The notes beneath the pieces were generated by a model. It was not told the DNA's origin. It did not search any database and worked only from the letters and a program-made list of their open reading frames with translations. This document shows, in pieces, positions 1 through 8,389 of a stretch of DNA of 61,391 bases. Each line of letters starts with the position of its first letter. Position 1 is the first letter of the stretch. The stretch is from Bacteroidales bacterium (GTDB lineage: Bacteria > Bacteroidota > Bacteroidia > Bacteroidales > F082). The stretch is taken from positions 1-61,391 of the forward strand of contig JAFYNO010000081.1 in NCBI GenBank assembly GCA_017549705.1, written 5' to 3'. The translations under genes were made by a program, and so were the position numbers.

Positions 1-28
1 CCTGAGCCAGGATCAAACTCTTCATTGT
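1..28 (-). rRNA. rrs: 16S rRNA gene, extreme 5' end only (rest lies beyond the window start)
   Basis: Reverse complement of 1-21 reads AGAGTTTGATCCTGGCTCAGG (universal 16S 5' sequence). It is preceded by ACAATGA, as at mature 16S 5' ends. Confidence 0.9.
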
Positions 29-140
29 ATATTGTTGTTCTTATTTTATTTTTCTGTTTTGTCCTGGCGGATTCACCTGTTTTCTAGTCTCTTTGGAATT
101 TTAGGTTCCTTACCTTTCAGACTACTTTTTATTGGCTCAT

Positions 141-155
141 TGCTTTCAAAGAACT
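141..155 (-). promoter_or_regulatory. boxA-like antitermination motif in the rRNA leader
   Basis: Minus strand reads AGTTCTTTGAAAGCA, resembling rrn-leader boxA (GCTCTTTAACAA / TGTTCTTTGAAAA types). It lies between the candidate promoter and the 16S 5' end. Confidence 0.4.
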
Positions 156-184
156 TCCACAATCTTTTTCGTGATTGCGGACTG

Positions 185-214
185 CAAAGATACGGTGATT
201 TTTATTTCTGTCAA
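185..214 (-). promoter_or_regulatory. candidate rrn promoter
   Basis: Minus strand reads TTGACA-(16 nt)-TATCTTTG. TAtcTTTG fits the Bacteroidetes -7 box TAnnTTTG, with a TTG 19 nt upstream. An A/T-rich tract lies further upstream (215-300). Confidence 0.45.
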
Positions 215-355
215 GAAAAAAATGAAAATTTTTTAAAATATTTTTTCATAATTGAATATCAATGTGTTGTGATAAAAATTTTGGAGGACAGAACGCAAAA
301 TAGTCTCGAAAAATACTTTTCTAAGGCTTGTTTTTGCATTCTGCCCTCTAAAATT

Positions 356-991
356 TTACGCCAAATCGCCAGAAATGAAAAAAATCTTTTTGTCAGTCAT
401 CTCCATTTTGACCATTCCTATGACGATAAAATTGACAAGAATGCGTTCTGCAGATTTTCTCTTCAAATGTGAAATTTCCATAAATTCCTCAAAGCTAATC
501 TTCCCATGTTCGTTTAGGTATCGCAAAAGCAGCATTTCCTCGTCAGTAAAGGTGATTTGAATGTTATTTTTGTTCTTTTCTTGTTTCCACACCTTAATTA
601 ATATACTGTTTGCGACTATATTTTCGTCTTTTACGCGCACATACACCTTATATATATTATTATGGTCAGGAGCTTTGTGTTTGTGATGCTTGCTTTTGGG
701 AATTATTACCTCTAAAACTGTTTTTCCGTTGATGTTCCATTCTTTTGCTGTGTATTCTACTTCTGGGCGACAGTACATTTGTGCCGCTGTTTGTATCATA
801 TGCTTCTCTTCTTCGGATCTAATGCCGGAAATTGAACCGTTGTCTTTAACACCTATTAATAAACGTCCGCCATCGGTATTGGCGAAGGCAACTAGCGAGC
901 GTGCTATTTTTTTGCTGTCGGATACTTCAAATTTGAAATCCAACATCTGATGCTCGCCTTCCGCAATCAAATTCTGAATGTGCCCTGCCAT
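356..991 (-). CDS. AlbA_2 / Schlafen-type putative DNA-binding (divergent AAA) protein with a C-terminal winged-helix-like tail
   Basis: LDFKFEV...IARSLVAFANTDGGRLLIGVKDNG is the AlbA_2 signature. ATG at 991 is preferred because the track's TTG at 1009 lies inside the -7 box. Confidence 0.75.
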   Translation of the reverse strand: MAGHIQNLIAEGEHQMLDFKFEVSDSKKIARSLVAFANTDGGRLLIGVKDNGSISGIRSEEEKHMIQTAAQMYCRPEVEYTAKEWNINGKTVLEVIIPKSKHHKHKAPDHNNIYKVYVRVKDENIVANSILIKVWKQEKNKNNIQITFTDEEMLLLRYLNEHGKISFEEFMEISHLKRKSAERILVNFIVIGMVKMEMTDKKIFFISGDLA

Positions 992-1006
992 CGTTCTGAT
1001 TTTTTG

Positions 1007-1014
1007 CAAAAATA
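1007..1014 (-). promoter_or_regulatory. -7 box (TAttTTTG) for the AlbA_2 gene
   Basis: Plus strand CAAAAATA is TATTTTTG on the minus strand, 16 nt upstream of ATG 991. Confidence 0.45.
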
Positions 1015-1569
1015 TGAAAATTTTCTGCTCGCTGGAATTTGATGAGAAATTTTTAATAGGAGAGGGTAGAGGGTAAAATAGTCGTTTTTAGACGATTTAA
1101 GCGCATTAAAAATTTAGGGTGTAAGAATCTGTTTTTGACACAAAAAAGTGTCTTATATTGAAAATTCACAGCTGTAAAATCTTGTTTTTAAATAAATATC
1201 TTGAATTTTACAAAAATACAATATATTATATAAGTATAAGATATCCAATAATATACATAATTGTAAAACATAAAATCACAATTGTAAAAATAAAAGTAAA
1301 AAATTACACAACTAAAAATAAACTAATATTAGTAATAAATTACATAAAGATATGAAAATCAGGTAATATATAAAAATAACTAAAATAAATACTTTAAAAT
1401 ATGTAACAATTTTACAAATTTTTATTTGATGGTAAAAAATATATGTAAGTGATTGTTATAAAGTAAATTAAAAATAAAATATAAAGGAGTTTATTGAAGA
1501 AAATTATAATGTCCTTAATGTTTACAAAAATAAAATGCAAAAATTTAACTTTTGTATTGTTTTTCTTTT

Positions 1570-1577
1570 TACTTTTG
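1570..1577 (+). promoter_or_regulatory. -7 box (TActTTTG) for the XRE-family gene
   Basis: Exact TAnnTTTG match 47 nt upstream of ATG 1624. Confidence 0.45.
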
Positions 1578-1623
1578 TAATCTCATACAATGTTAAAAAC
1601 GAATTTTTCAGGAGGGATATATC

Positions 1624-2067
1624 ATGGAAGATATTAAAGACAGATTGGCTCATATTCTAAGAGCAAAAAATTTGACAGCTTCTCAGTTTGCAGAATTGAT
1701 GGAAATTCAGCCGTCAAACGTGTCACATTTACTGAATGGAAGAAATAAACCAAGTCTAGATTTTTTGATAAAAATCAAAGATGTTTTTCCAGAATACAGT
1801 TTTGATTGGATCATAATGGGAAAGAAACCAATTACTATTAATGAGCCAAATCCAACAACAACAAATAATCAAGAGATCAAATTTGATGATGAAGATACTC
1901 GTGTTATTGAATTCGATGATATTGATGAGCATATTGATGAAATTGAGAGTGAAAAACCAGAAATGACAGAAGAACAAAGTGATATCCATTCATTGAATAA
2001 TGAGATTAAAAAGATAATTGTAGTTTATTCGGACAAGACATTCGAAATACTCAATCAGCGACATTAA
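1624..2067 (+). CDS. XRE-family helix-turn-helix protein with an acidic low-complexity C-terminus
   Basis: LTASQFAELMEIQPSNVSHLLNGRNKPSLDFLIKI is HTH_3-like. AGGAGGG lies 7 nt upstream of the ATG. Confidence 0.8.
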   Translation: MEDIKDRLAHILRAKNLTASQFAELMEIQPSNVSHLLNGRNKPSLDFLIKIKDVFPEYSFDWIIMGKKPITINEPNPTTTNNQEIKFDDEDTRVIEFDDIDEHIDEIESEKPEMTEEQSDIHSLNNEIKKIIVVYSDKTFEILNQRH

Positions 2068-2135
2068 TATAGGTAAACATTATTAAAAAATAAAAATATT
2101 AATGTATAAGATGATGTCATATCAACAAATTATTG

Positions 2136-2143
2136 TATATTTG
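2136..2143 (+). promoter_or_regulatory. -7 box (TAtaTTTG) for the DHH phosphoesterase gene
   Basis: Exact motif. It lies inside the track's extended ORF (TTG 2133), which argues for the ATG at 2169. Confidence 0.45.
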
Positions 2144-2168
2144 TTGGCTAAAAATAAGATGTTTATCG

Positions 2169-3194
2169 ATGTCTAAACAATTGTTCCTCAGTAAGTTCAA
2201 AGATTTTGTATCACAATATAAGCGTGTAGTTATTGTATCACACGTTAATCCAGATGGCGATGCTATAGGATCATCGTTGGCGTTTTGCTATTTTCTTTTG
2301 AAATTGGGATTGGATGTTAAAGTTATAATTCCAAATGATTTTCCTTCATTTTTATCATGGATGCCAGGAATAGAAGATATTCTTGTATATGACAAAAACC
2401 CAGATAAAGGTGTTGAGTATTTGAATGCAGCAGAATTGATATGCTATCTGGATTTCAACCATCCATCACGTACTGGTTTGATACACAATGCTTTATGTCA
2501 TTGTACGAAAACGCCTAAATTATTAATCGACCATCATAGAGACGCTGATTATTCACAATTTGTAGCCTATATGTCAGAAGTGGAGACATCAAGTACGTCA
2601 GAATTGGTCGCTGAACTAATTCAGTATCATGGATTTGATAAATATCTTGATGATAGAATTGCAACATGTCTTTTGGTCGGAATAATGACAGATACAGGAT
2701 CATTTGCGCATTCTATTTATCATCCCGAAACATTTGAGATTTGTGGCAAATTAATCTCCTCAAATGTTAATTATCAATTGATACACAGTAAGATATATAA
2801 TACTTTCTCAGAGAATAGACTGCGTCTTTTGGGATATTGTATCAGTAATAGGATGACAACGCTTGATGAGTATCATACTGCTTACATATATCTTACAAAA
2901 TCTGATTTGGAAACATACAATTATCAAGTTGGTGATACTGAAGGTGTTGTGAATTTCCCTTTGATGATAGATAATATAAAAATGGCCGTGTTAATAACTG
3001 AACGTCAGGGAGTTATACGATTCTCATTCAGATCTAAAGGCGACTTTTCTGTACATGAATTCGCAAAAGATCATTTCAATGGAGGAGGTCATACTAATGC
3101 AGCCGGAGGAACGTTAGATTGTAGCATTGAACAGGCAATTAAACAGTTTCTGGACGTTCTGCCACAATATAAAGCTTTATTGAATAAATGTTAA
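2169..3194 (+). CDS. nrnA: DHH/DHHA1 phosphoesterase, NrnA-like oligoribonuclease / pAp phosphatase
   Basis: Motifs SHVNPDGDAIGS, IDHHRD and GGGHTNAAGG. The stop overlaps the next ATG (ATGTTAA). Confidence 0.85.
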   Translation: MSKQLFLSKFKDFVSQYKRVVIVSHVNPDGDAIGSSLAFCYFLLKLGLDVKVIIPNDFPSFLSWMPGIEDILVYDKNPDKGVEYLNAAELICYLDFNHPSRTGLIHNALCHCTKTPKLLIDHHRDADYSQFVAYMSEVETSSTSELVAELIQYHGFDKYLDDRIATCLLVGIMTDTGSFAHSIYHPETFEICGKLISSNVNYQLIHSKIYNTFSENRLRLLGYCISNRMTTLDEYHTAYIYLTKSDLETYNYQVGDTEGVVNFPLMIDNIKMAVLITERQGVIRFSFRSKGDFSVHEFAKDHFNGGGHTNAAGGTLDCSIEQAIKQFLDVLPQYKALLNKC

Positions 3195-3745
3195 AACTAA
3201 TTAATATAAAATCTTGTTTGGCAATCATAATTATGTTGTTGTTATCCATCTCTTGTACAGAAAATGTGGATAAAAATCAGCAAGTTAGAGTAGTTGACAA
3301 AAAAGAGGTGAAGCAAAATCTTGTAGAAGTCAATAGAGAATTGATAAAGAAAGAGATGGAGGATATTGATAACTATTTGGACGGTCACAAGCTTAATATG
3401 ATCAGAACCGGTTCGGGATTGCGATATTTTATTGAAAAACAAGGAGATACAACGCCGATTAAAACTGGTGATATTGTGACTTTGGATTATGAGATGCATT
3501 TTTTGAATAGCGATGAGGCCGTTGCAAGCTCTAAGGAAAATGGTTTAAAAACGTTTTTAGTGGGACATGGTGGTGTTGAAATTGGTATGGAAGAAGCAGT
3601 CTTACATCTTCATAAAGGTGATGAAGCAGAAATTATAATTCCGTCATATCTGGCATATGGTTTGATAGGTGACGGGAATAGTATTCCACCATTAACAACA
3701 TTGGTGTATAAAGTAAAAATTGTTGAAAATCAATCTAATAAGTAA
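3188..3745 (+). CDS. FKBP-type peptidyl-prolyl isomerase, lipoprotein
   Basis: Lipobox LLSISC. FKBP_C-like GDIVTLDYEMHF...GMEEAVLHLHKGDEAEIIIPSYLAYG. Confidence 0.85.
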   Translation: MLKLINIKSCLAIIIMLLLSISCTENVDKNQQVRVVDKKEVKQNLVEVNRELIKKEMEDIDNYLDGHKLNMIRTGSGLRYFIEKQGDTTPIKTGDIVTLDYEMHFLNSDEAVASSKENGLKTFLVGHGGVEIGMEEAVLHLHKGDEAEIIIPSYLAYGLIGDGNSIPPLTTLVYKVKIVENQSNK

Positions 3746-3761
3746 TATTAAATCTAAAAAA

Positions 3762-4628
3762 ATGAAAAAAGTATTTTTAATGATGACAGCATGTAGTATT
3801 ATGCTTTCATTGATGACTGGTTGCAGTGATGCGCCAAAAGGTTATAAGACCACTGGTAATGGTCTTTATTATCATTTTCATGAAAAGAATGCTGGTGAGC
3901 TTCCTCAAGTTGGTGATTTAGTTGAAGTTACATTGTCCTGCACGGTTAATGACACAACACCAATCATCCCTGCTACTAAAAACATCTTAATGATGAGTGA
4001 GCCAAGTTTTGCTACAGATTTCATGGAAGGACTGGCAATGATGCATAAGGGTGATTCAGCATCTTTTATTGTAAACATTGACTCAACATTCAAGTATTTA
4101 TTCAGAGTTCCAGAGCTTCCTGCTGAATTCAACAGTACTGATGTTATGAGATTTGATGTTAAAGTTAATGATTTTTATCCAGAAAGTGAGTATATGAATA
4201 AAATGATTGAAGCTATTAAGACCAATTACCCTGAAGAGACAGAACGCGCATATGCAGAGATGCAACAATATTTTGCGATAAATAATATCGTAGCAACACC
4301 TACGGCATCAGGGCTTTACTATGTTATGACACAGGAAGGTAATGGCGAGATGCCAGCCAAGGGTGATAATGTGAAAGTTCATTACACTGGTAAGTTATTG
4401 AATGGTAAGGTGTTCGATTCTTCAATTGAGCGGGGAGAACCTATTGAAGTGCCTATCGGAATGGGTTATGTTATTCCTGGCTGGGATGAAGGTATTATGA
4501 TGATGTCAAAAGGTGAAAAGGGCGTACTTTATATACCTTATTATCTTGGTTATGGTGACAGAGGCGCAGGTGCTGATATTCCTCCGTTCGCAAATCTTAT
4601 TTTCGAAGTCGAACTTATTGATTTTTAA
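3762..4628 (+). CDS. FKBP-type peptidyl-prolyl isomerase, lipoprotein
   Basis: MKKVFLMMTACSIMLSLMTGC signal at the internal ATG 3762. VKVHYTGKLLNGKVFDSS...VIPGWDEGIMMMSKGEKGVLYIPYYLGYG. Confidence 0.85.
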   Translation: MKKVFLMMTACSIMLSLMTGCSDAPKGYKTTGNGLYYHFHEKNAGELPQVGDLVEVTLSCTVNDTTPIIPATKNILMMSEPSFATDFMEGLAMMHKGDSASFIVNIDSTFKYLFRVPELPAEFNSTDVMRFDVKVNDFYPESEYMNKMIEAIKTNYPEETERAYAEMQQYFAINNIVATPTASGLYYVMTQEGNGEMPAKGDNVKVHYTGKLLNGKVFDSSIERGEPIEVPIGMGYVIPGWDEGIMMMSKGEKGVLYIPYYLGYGDRGAGADIPPFANLIFEVELIDF

Positions 4629-4634
4629 TATTTT

Positions 4635-5960
4635 ATGAAAAGACTGCCATCATATCTGCTGGTTCTTATATGCTGTATGCTTTTTGCTTCTTGCGAAAAA
4701 ACAGCGTTTAAAGGCTTCGATAAAATGAAAAATGGAGCCTATATGCAGTTCTATGATGTTAATAACGAGTCTGAAACGCCTCAAATTGGTGATTATATCG
4801 TTGTAGAGCTAAAACAGACTATGGGTGATTCCCTGTTCTATTCCTCTGAAAATGAGAAAGATGGCGTTATTGAGTTTGAACTGACTGAACCTTCGTTTAT
4901 CGGAGATATGATGGCAGGCCTTTTAAATATGCATGTCGGTGATTCTGCTACGGTTGCATGTCTAATAGACTCGATGTGTATCAAGACATTAGGTATGGAT
5001 GCTGTACCGGATTATCTGACTGCAGGAATGCCAATATATATTGACATGAGGCTTAAAGAAATCATTCCTGCTGAGTATGTTGCAGAATTGCGTAGGGATG
5101 AATTGAATATGATTAAACAAGAGAACGATAATCTTTTGGAGCAATATTATTCTAATGAGGATTACAAATTGACCAAAGATGGTCTTATTATATTGAATGT
5201 CAAAGGGAAAGGACGTGGCGCAAAAGTGGGTGATATAATGATGATTAACTTCAATATGATTAGTCTTTGGGGCGATACCTTGATTGATCTGTTTGAGAGA
5301 GAGCCTGTCGCGGTCAGATGTGGTGATCTGGATTTGGGAGAAGGTTTTGCTGAGGCTTTAACAAATGTGCCGGAAGGAGGCGAAGGACATTTTGTTGTGC
5401 CATATTCACTTGCTTTTGACAGCGTAGGCCTTGAAAACCTAATAGAGCCATATACTTCGTTTGTATTAAATGTAAAAAGTACACGTTATTATACTCAAGC
5501 TGAGTATGAGAATTATCAGAAGGAGCTGTACGAAGCCGAAGATGCTGAGAATCAAAAACGTTTAGAGGAAGAACCAGATAGAATTGAGAAATTTGTGAAA
5601 GACCATAATGTCCAAGTAACACCAACTGAGACTGGCGTATATTATCTTGAAATTACTAAAGGTACAGGACCGATTGTGAATATAGGTGATATGGTCTCAA
5701 TACATTACAATCTTTATAATATTGAAGATAAACTCATAGAGACGAGCTATGGAGCCGAGCCTATGCAGTTTATTTACGGTAGGGGTGAGATGGTGCCTGG
5801 CATCGAAGAAGCCTTGGAATATATGAGAGTAGGAGGTAAGGCGACAATCATTGTACCTTCGACAATGGGGTTTGGAGATGTGGCAATCGACAAAGAATTA
5901 CCAGCCAATTCAACAGTTGTTTTTGATATAGAACTTATTGACGTTCAGAAAATTCGTTAG
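4635..5960 (+). CDS. multi-domain FKBP-type peptidyl-prolyl isomerase, lipoprotein
   Basis: Lipobox LFASC. C-terminal FKBP_C (MVSIHYNLY...MVPGIEEALEYMRVGGKATIIVPSTMGFG), preceded by two degenerate FKBP-like modules. Confidence 0.8.
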   Translation: MKRLPSYLLVLICCMLFASCEKTAFKGFDKMKNGAYMQFYDVNNESETPQIGDYIVVELKQTMGDSLFYSSENEKDGVIEFELTEPSFIGDMMAGLLNMHVGDSATVACLIDSMCIKTLGMDAVPDYLTAGMPIYIDMRLKEIIPAEYVAELRRDELNMIKQENDNLLEQYYSNEDYKLTKDGLIILNVKGKGRGAKVGDIMMINFNMISLWGDTLIDLFEREPVAVRCGDLDLGEGFAEALTNVPEGGEGHFVVPYSLAFDSVGLENLIEPYTSFVLNVKSTRYYTQAEYENYQKELYEAEDAENQKRLEEEPDRIEKFVKDHNVQVTPTETGVYYLEITKGTGPIVNIGDMVSIHYNLYNIEDKLIETSYGAEPMQFIYGRGEMVPGIEEALEYMRVGGKATIIVPSTMGFGDVAIDKELPANSTVVFDIELIDVQKIR

Positions 5961-7392
5961 TCTCGTAGAAATTTTCTTTATCAGCATGGAAACAGTCGAT
6001 AGCTGTTATTATCGCCATGCAGCTCCATACAGGAATGGCTAATTTATCTGTGTCAAGGAAATTATTTAATGTTCCATGTATGTAATATCCCAACAAAGCT
6101 AAAGTTGCGGCAAGAGCAAGAATCCTTGATTCTCTGTTTTTAGCTCTTCTGTATGTCATTAGTCCGTTGTACATAAAAGCTATGACAATGGCAATAACTA
6201 ATAAAGATCCAGCGACACCTTGTTCGGCTAGGGTTCCGATATATTCACTATGAGCGTTGCCCATATCGCCAGAATTTGTACTGATTATAGTCTTATTTTT
6301 AGACTCTTGGAATGGCGCATAAAAAAACTGATATGTTCCTGGACCCCAACCAAAAATAGGCCTTTCATTAAACATCCTAAACGCTGAGTTCCAACGATTT
6401 ATACGTTCCAGATTGGATGCATCAGTGGTGATGTTTGTCATTGATTGGATGTTTTCCACGATATTCCCCGAAGCATCTTGGTCGTTTTTTGATAATGAAT
6501 CAAAAATTTGTTGCTGGAATGTGAAGAACAATCCTATTAATACAACTGCAATAATCGCAATATACTTGAATTTTATCTTAAGAAGTACGCAAATCAGTAC
6601 GCCCAATGCTGCGATGAGGCTTATCCAAGATGCACGACAGAATGACAAGACTATAGCTAAAAGCAGTAAGCATAGTACTAAAACAACTCCTAAACGCTTG
6701 CTTTTCTTCATATTAGGCATAAACAGATAAGCTGTACATAATATGACGTAAATTGCTAAAGCAGCTCCGTAGGCAGTATGGTCATTATAAAATGGAGACA
6801 TTACCCAATGCGCTGTATCGCCATCAAATCCGTTCATAGCATGATGTATAATCGTGTAAATTACCACGATTATCAGACCTGCAATGTATAACCATATGAA
6901 TCTGTTGATGTTTTTCGGATCTTTAAACAAAACAGCACACATAAAATATGCTGGGATAATAAACCATAAACGAGAGACAATAAACTTTATTGAAACGACA
7001 GGCATCTCACTTGTTATCGTTGTGATTATCATCCAGAAAAACATTAGATAGATCACTATTGAAATGGGATGACGTGTTATTTTCCTGTCAAAGCTGAAAT
7101 CGTGAGCAAATTTTGCCAAAAACATCACCAGCAAACCTGCTAATAATGGTTCTGCTGGCAATGAAAGTGCCAGACTGGTATTTAATGATTGTAAGTTTAT
7201 TGATAAAGGTGTTACAAATGCTACAAGCAATAATACTTTGTCAAGTGAAAACACGTAGAGCAGCAAAACGCCTATAACGGCAGGTGCCGCAAATGCCAGT
7301 AATGTCTCTTTTTTTATTAGAAAAAAGAGGCTAGCTGCGACAAAAATTGCCGCAATAATATATACTAATGCTGTTTTACCGCTTTTTTGCAT
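5935..7392 (-). CDS. O-antigen ligase / Wzy_C-family polytopic membrane protein
   Basis: About 12 hydrophobic segments. Wzy_C-like loop RASWISLIAALG and AHSEYIGTLAEQGVAG. ATG overlaps the upstream stop by 1 nt. Confidence 0.7.
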   Translation of the reverse strand: MQKSGKTALVYIIAAIFVAASLFFLIKKETLLAFAAPAVIGVLLLYVFSLDKVLLLVAFVTPLSINLQSLNTSLALSLPAEPLLAGLLVMFLAKFAHDFSFDRKITRHPISIVIYLMFFWMIITTITSEMPVVSIKFIVSRLWFIIPAYFMCAVLFKDPKNINRFIWLYIAGLIIVVIYTIIHHAMNGFDGDTAHWVMSPFYNDHTAYGAALAIYVILCTAYLFMPNMKKSKRLGVVLVLCLLLLAIVLSFCRASWISLIAALGVLICVLLKIKFKYIAIIAVVLIGLFFTFQQQIFDSLSKNDQDASGNIVENIQSMTNITTDASNLERINRWNSAFRMFNERPIFGWGPGTYQFFYAPFQESKNKTIISTNSGDMGNAHSEYIGTLAEQGVAGSLLVIAIVIAFMYNGLMTYRRAKNRESRILALAATLALLGYYIHGTLNNFLDTDKLAIPVWSCMAIITAIDCFHADKENFYETNEFSERQ

Positions 7393-8324
7393 TATTCAGC
7401 TTTGCCTTTGTTGTATTCTATCACATAAACGACAATGGTCGAGATGAAGAATGCGCACATTCCGCAAAGCAACACAACAACCCAACGGATAGGAAAGGCT
7501 TTTTTGTCAGCTACAAATGGATTTGATACAATATTGGCGAAAGACAGGTTGTTGGCGCAATAGCGTTGTTCGCGTTCAAATTCAGCTTTGGTCAAATGGT
7601 ATGCATCTGATGCTGATTCCAATAATGTGTTTATTAAATTGACCTCTGAACCGTATGCTTCGAGATTCTCTTTGAGTTCATTCAATTTATCACTCTTACC
7701 ATTGTTAAGGTATGCACGAGTAATTTCTCTCGATTGGCTCTGCACGTCAACAATACCGTATTCTGTGCCGATTGTTGCCAGTCTTTCTCTTAAAGAATCC
7801 ATGAATATCTCGTTGTCTCTCAAAGTAGATCTAAACATCTTAGCTTGTTCAGCTCTCTGATTCTTAGTTAACTTCAAGATAATCTTATTGTAATTATCGA
7901 CAATCTCATACACCATTTTACATGCTATTTCAGGATCTTTGTCGTAAACTTTGATTGTAACAGCATCGTATGGCGTTCTGGAAATGCTGACATTGCTGCG
8001 ATATCTGTATATAAGGGCTGTTTTCCAGTATTTATAGTTTTTGTTAATCTTGTAATGAGGCATGAGATTTAGTTTGTCGACGACAGAATCCATAATCTCT
8101 TGTGACTGCATGATCTGCAGCATTTGCTCAGTTAGTGTTTCGTCTGAATACTCTTCAATATGTGTCGGATATACAGTGGCTTCTGATTTAAACAAAGGTG
8201 TTACGAATGTTGAGCCTGAAAAAACCGCGCCAAGGATAGCGGCTACTAAAGTAATTGTGACAATGTGCCATTTCCATTTTAAAATGGTCTTTATCATTGA
8301 AGTGTTGTCAAAATAATTATTCAT
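7392..8324 (-). CDS. Wzz-like chain-length determinant / polysaccharide co-polymerase protein
   Basis: Architecture is an N-terminal TM (HIVTITLVAAILGAVF), a long coiled-coil periplasmic region and a C-terminal TM (VVVLLCGMCAFFISTIVVYVI). Confidence 0.65.
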   Translation of the reverse strand: MNNYFDNTSMIKTILKWKWHIVTITLVAAILGAVFSGSTFVTPLFKSEATVYPTHIEEYSDETLTEQMLQIMQSQEIMDSVVDKLNLMPHYKINKNYKYWKTALIYRYRSNVSISRTPYDAVTIKVYDKDPEIACKMVYEIVDNYNKIILKLTKNQRAEQAKMFRSTLRDNEIFMDSLRERLATIGTEYGIVDVQSQSREITRAYLNNGKSDKLNELKENLEAYGSEVNLINTLLESASDAYHLTKAEFEREQRYCANNLSFANIVSNPFVADKKAFPIRWVVVLLCGMCAFFISTIVVYVIEYNKGKAE

Positions 8325-8347
8325 TTGTTAGCTTGTTTTACAAGCTA

Positions 8348-8355
8348 CAAAGATA
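8348..8355 (-). promoter_or_regulatory. -7 box (TAtcTTTG) for wzz-like/ligase-like genes
   Basis: Plus strand CAAAGATA, 24 nt upstream of ATG 8324. Confidence 0.4.
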
Positions 8356-8389
8356 AGCTTTTTTTTAAAACGCCCTTGATTTTTGCAAA

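Noticed and set aside
155-161. Single TGTGGAA/TTCCACA heptamers in the rRNA leader (155-161) and the uvrA/beta-barrel spacer (22929-22935), as possible extra sites of the 38000-38036 array
   Set aside because: A 7-mer is expected about 7 times by chance in 61 kb on two strands. Only the phased four-copy array is non-trivial.
32-472. 146-aa plus-strand ORF (and the 375-560 ORF) overlapping the rRNA leader and the AlbA_2 gene
   Set aside because: It lies antisense to the rrn leader, the candidate promoter and the 3' end of a well-supported gene. Its sequence is low-complexity and Phe/Leu-rich, as expected from AT-rich non-coding DNA.
1158-1355. 65-aa ORF inside the AT-rich tract
   Set aside because: It starts at TTG and is composed almost entirely of I/K/N/Y codons, as expected from roughly 15% GC DNA. 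It has no promoter box or plausible initiation context.
1150-1560. The AT-rich tract as the chromosomal replication origin
   Set aside because: I found no cluster of DnaA boxes. The best match is a single 6/9 (ATATCCAAT near 1242), and no dnaA, dnaN or other origin-linked gene is adjacent.
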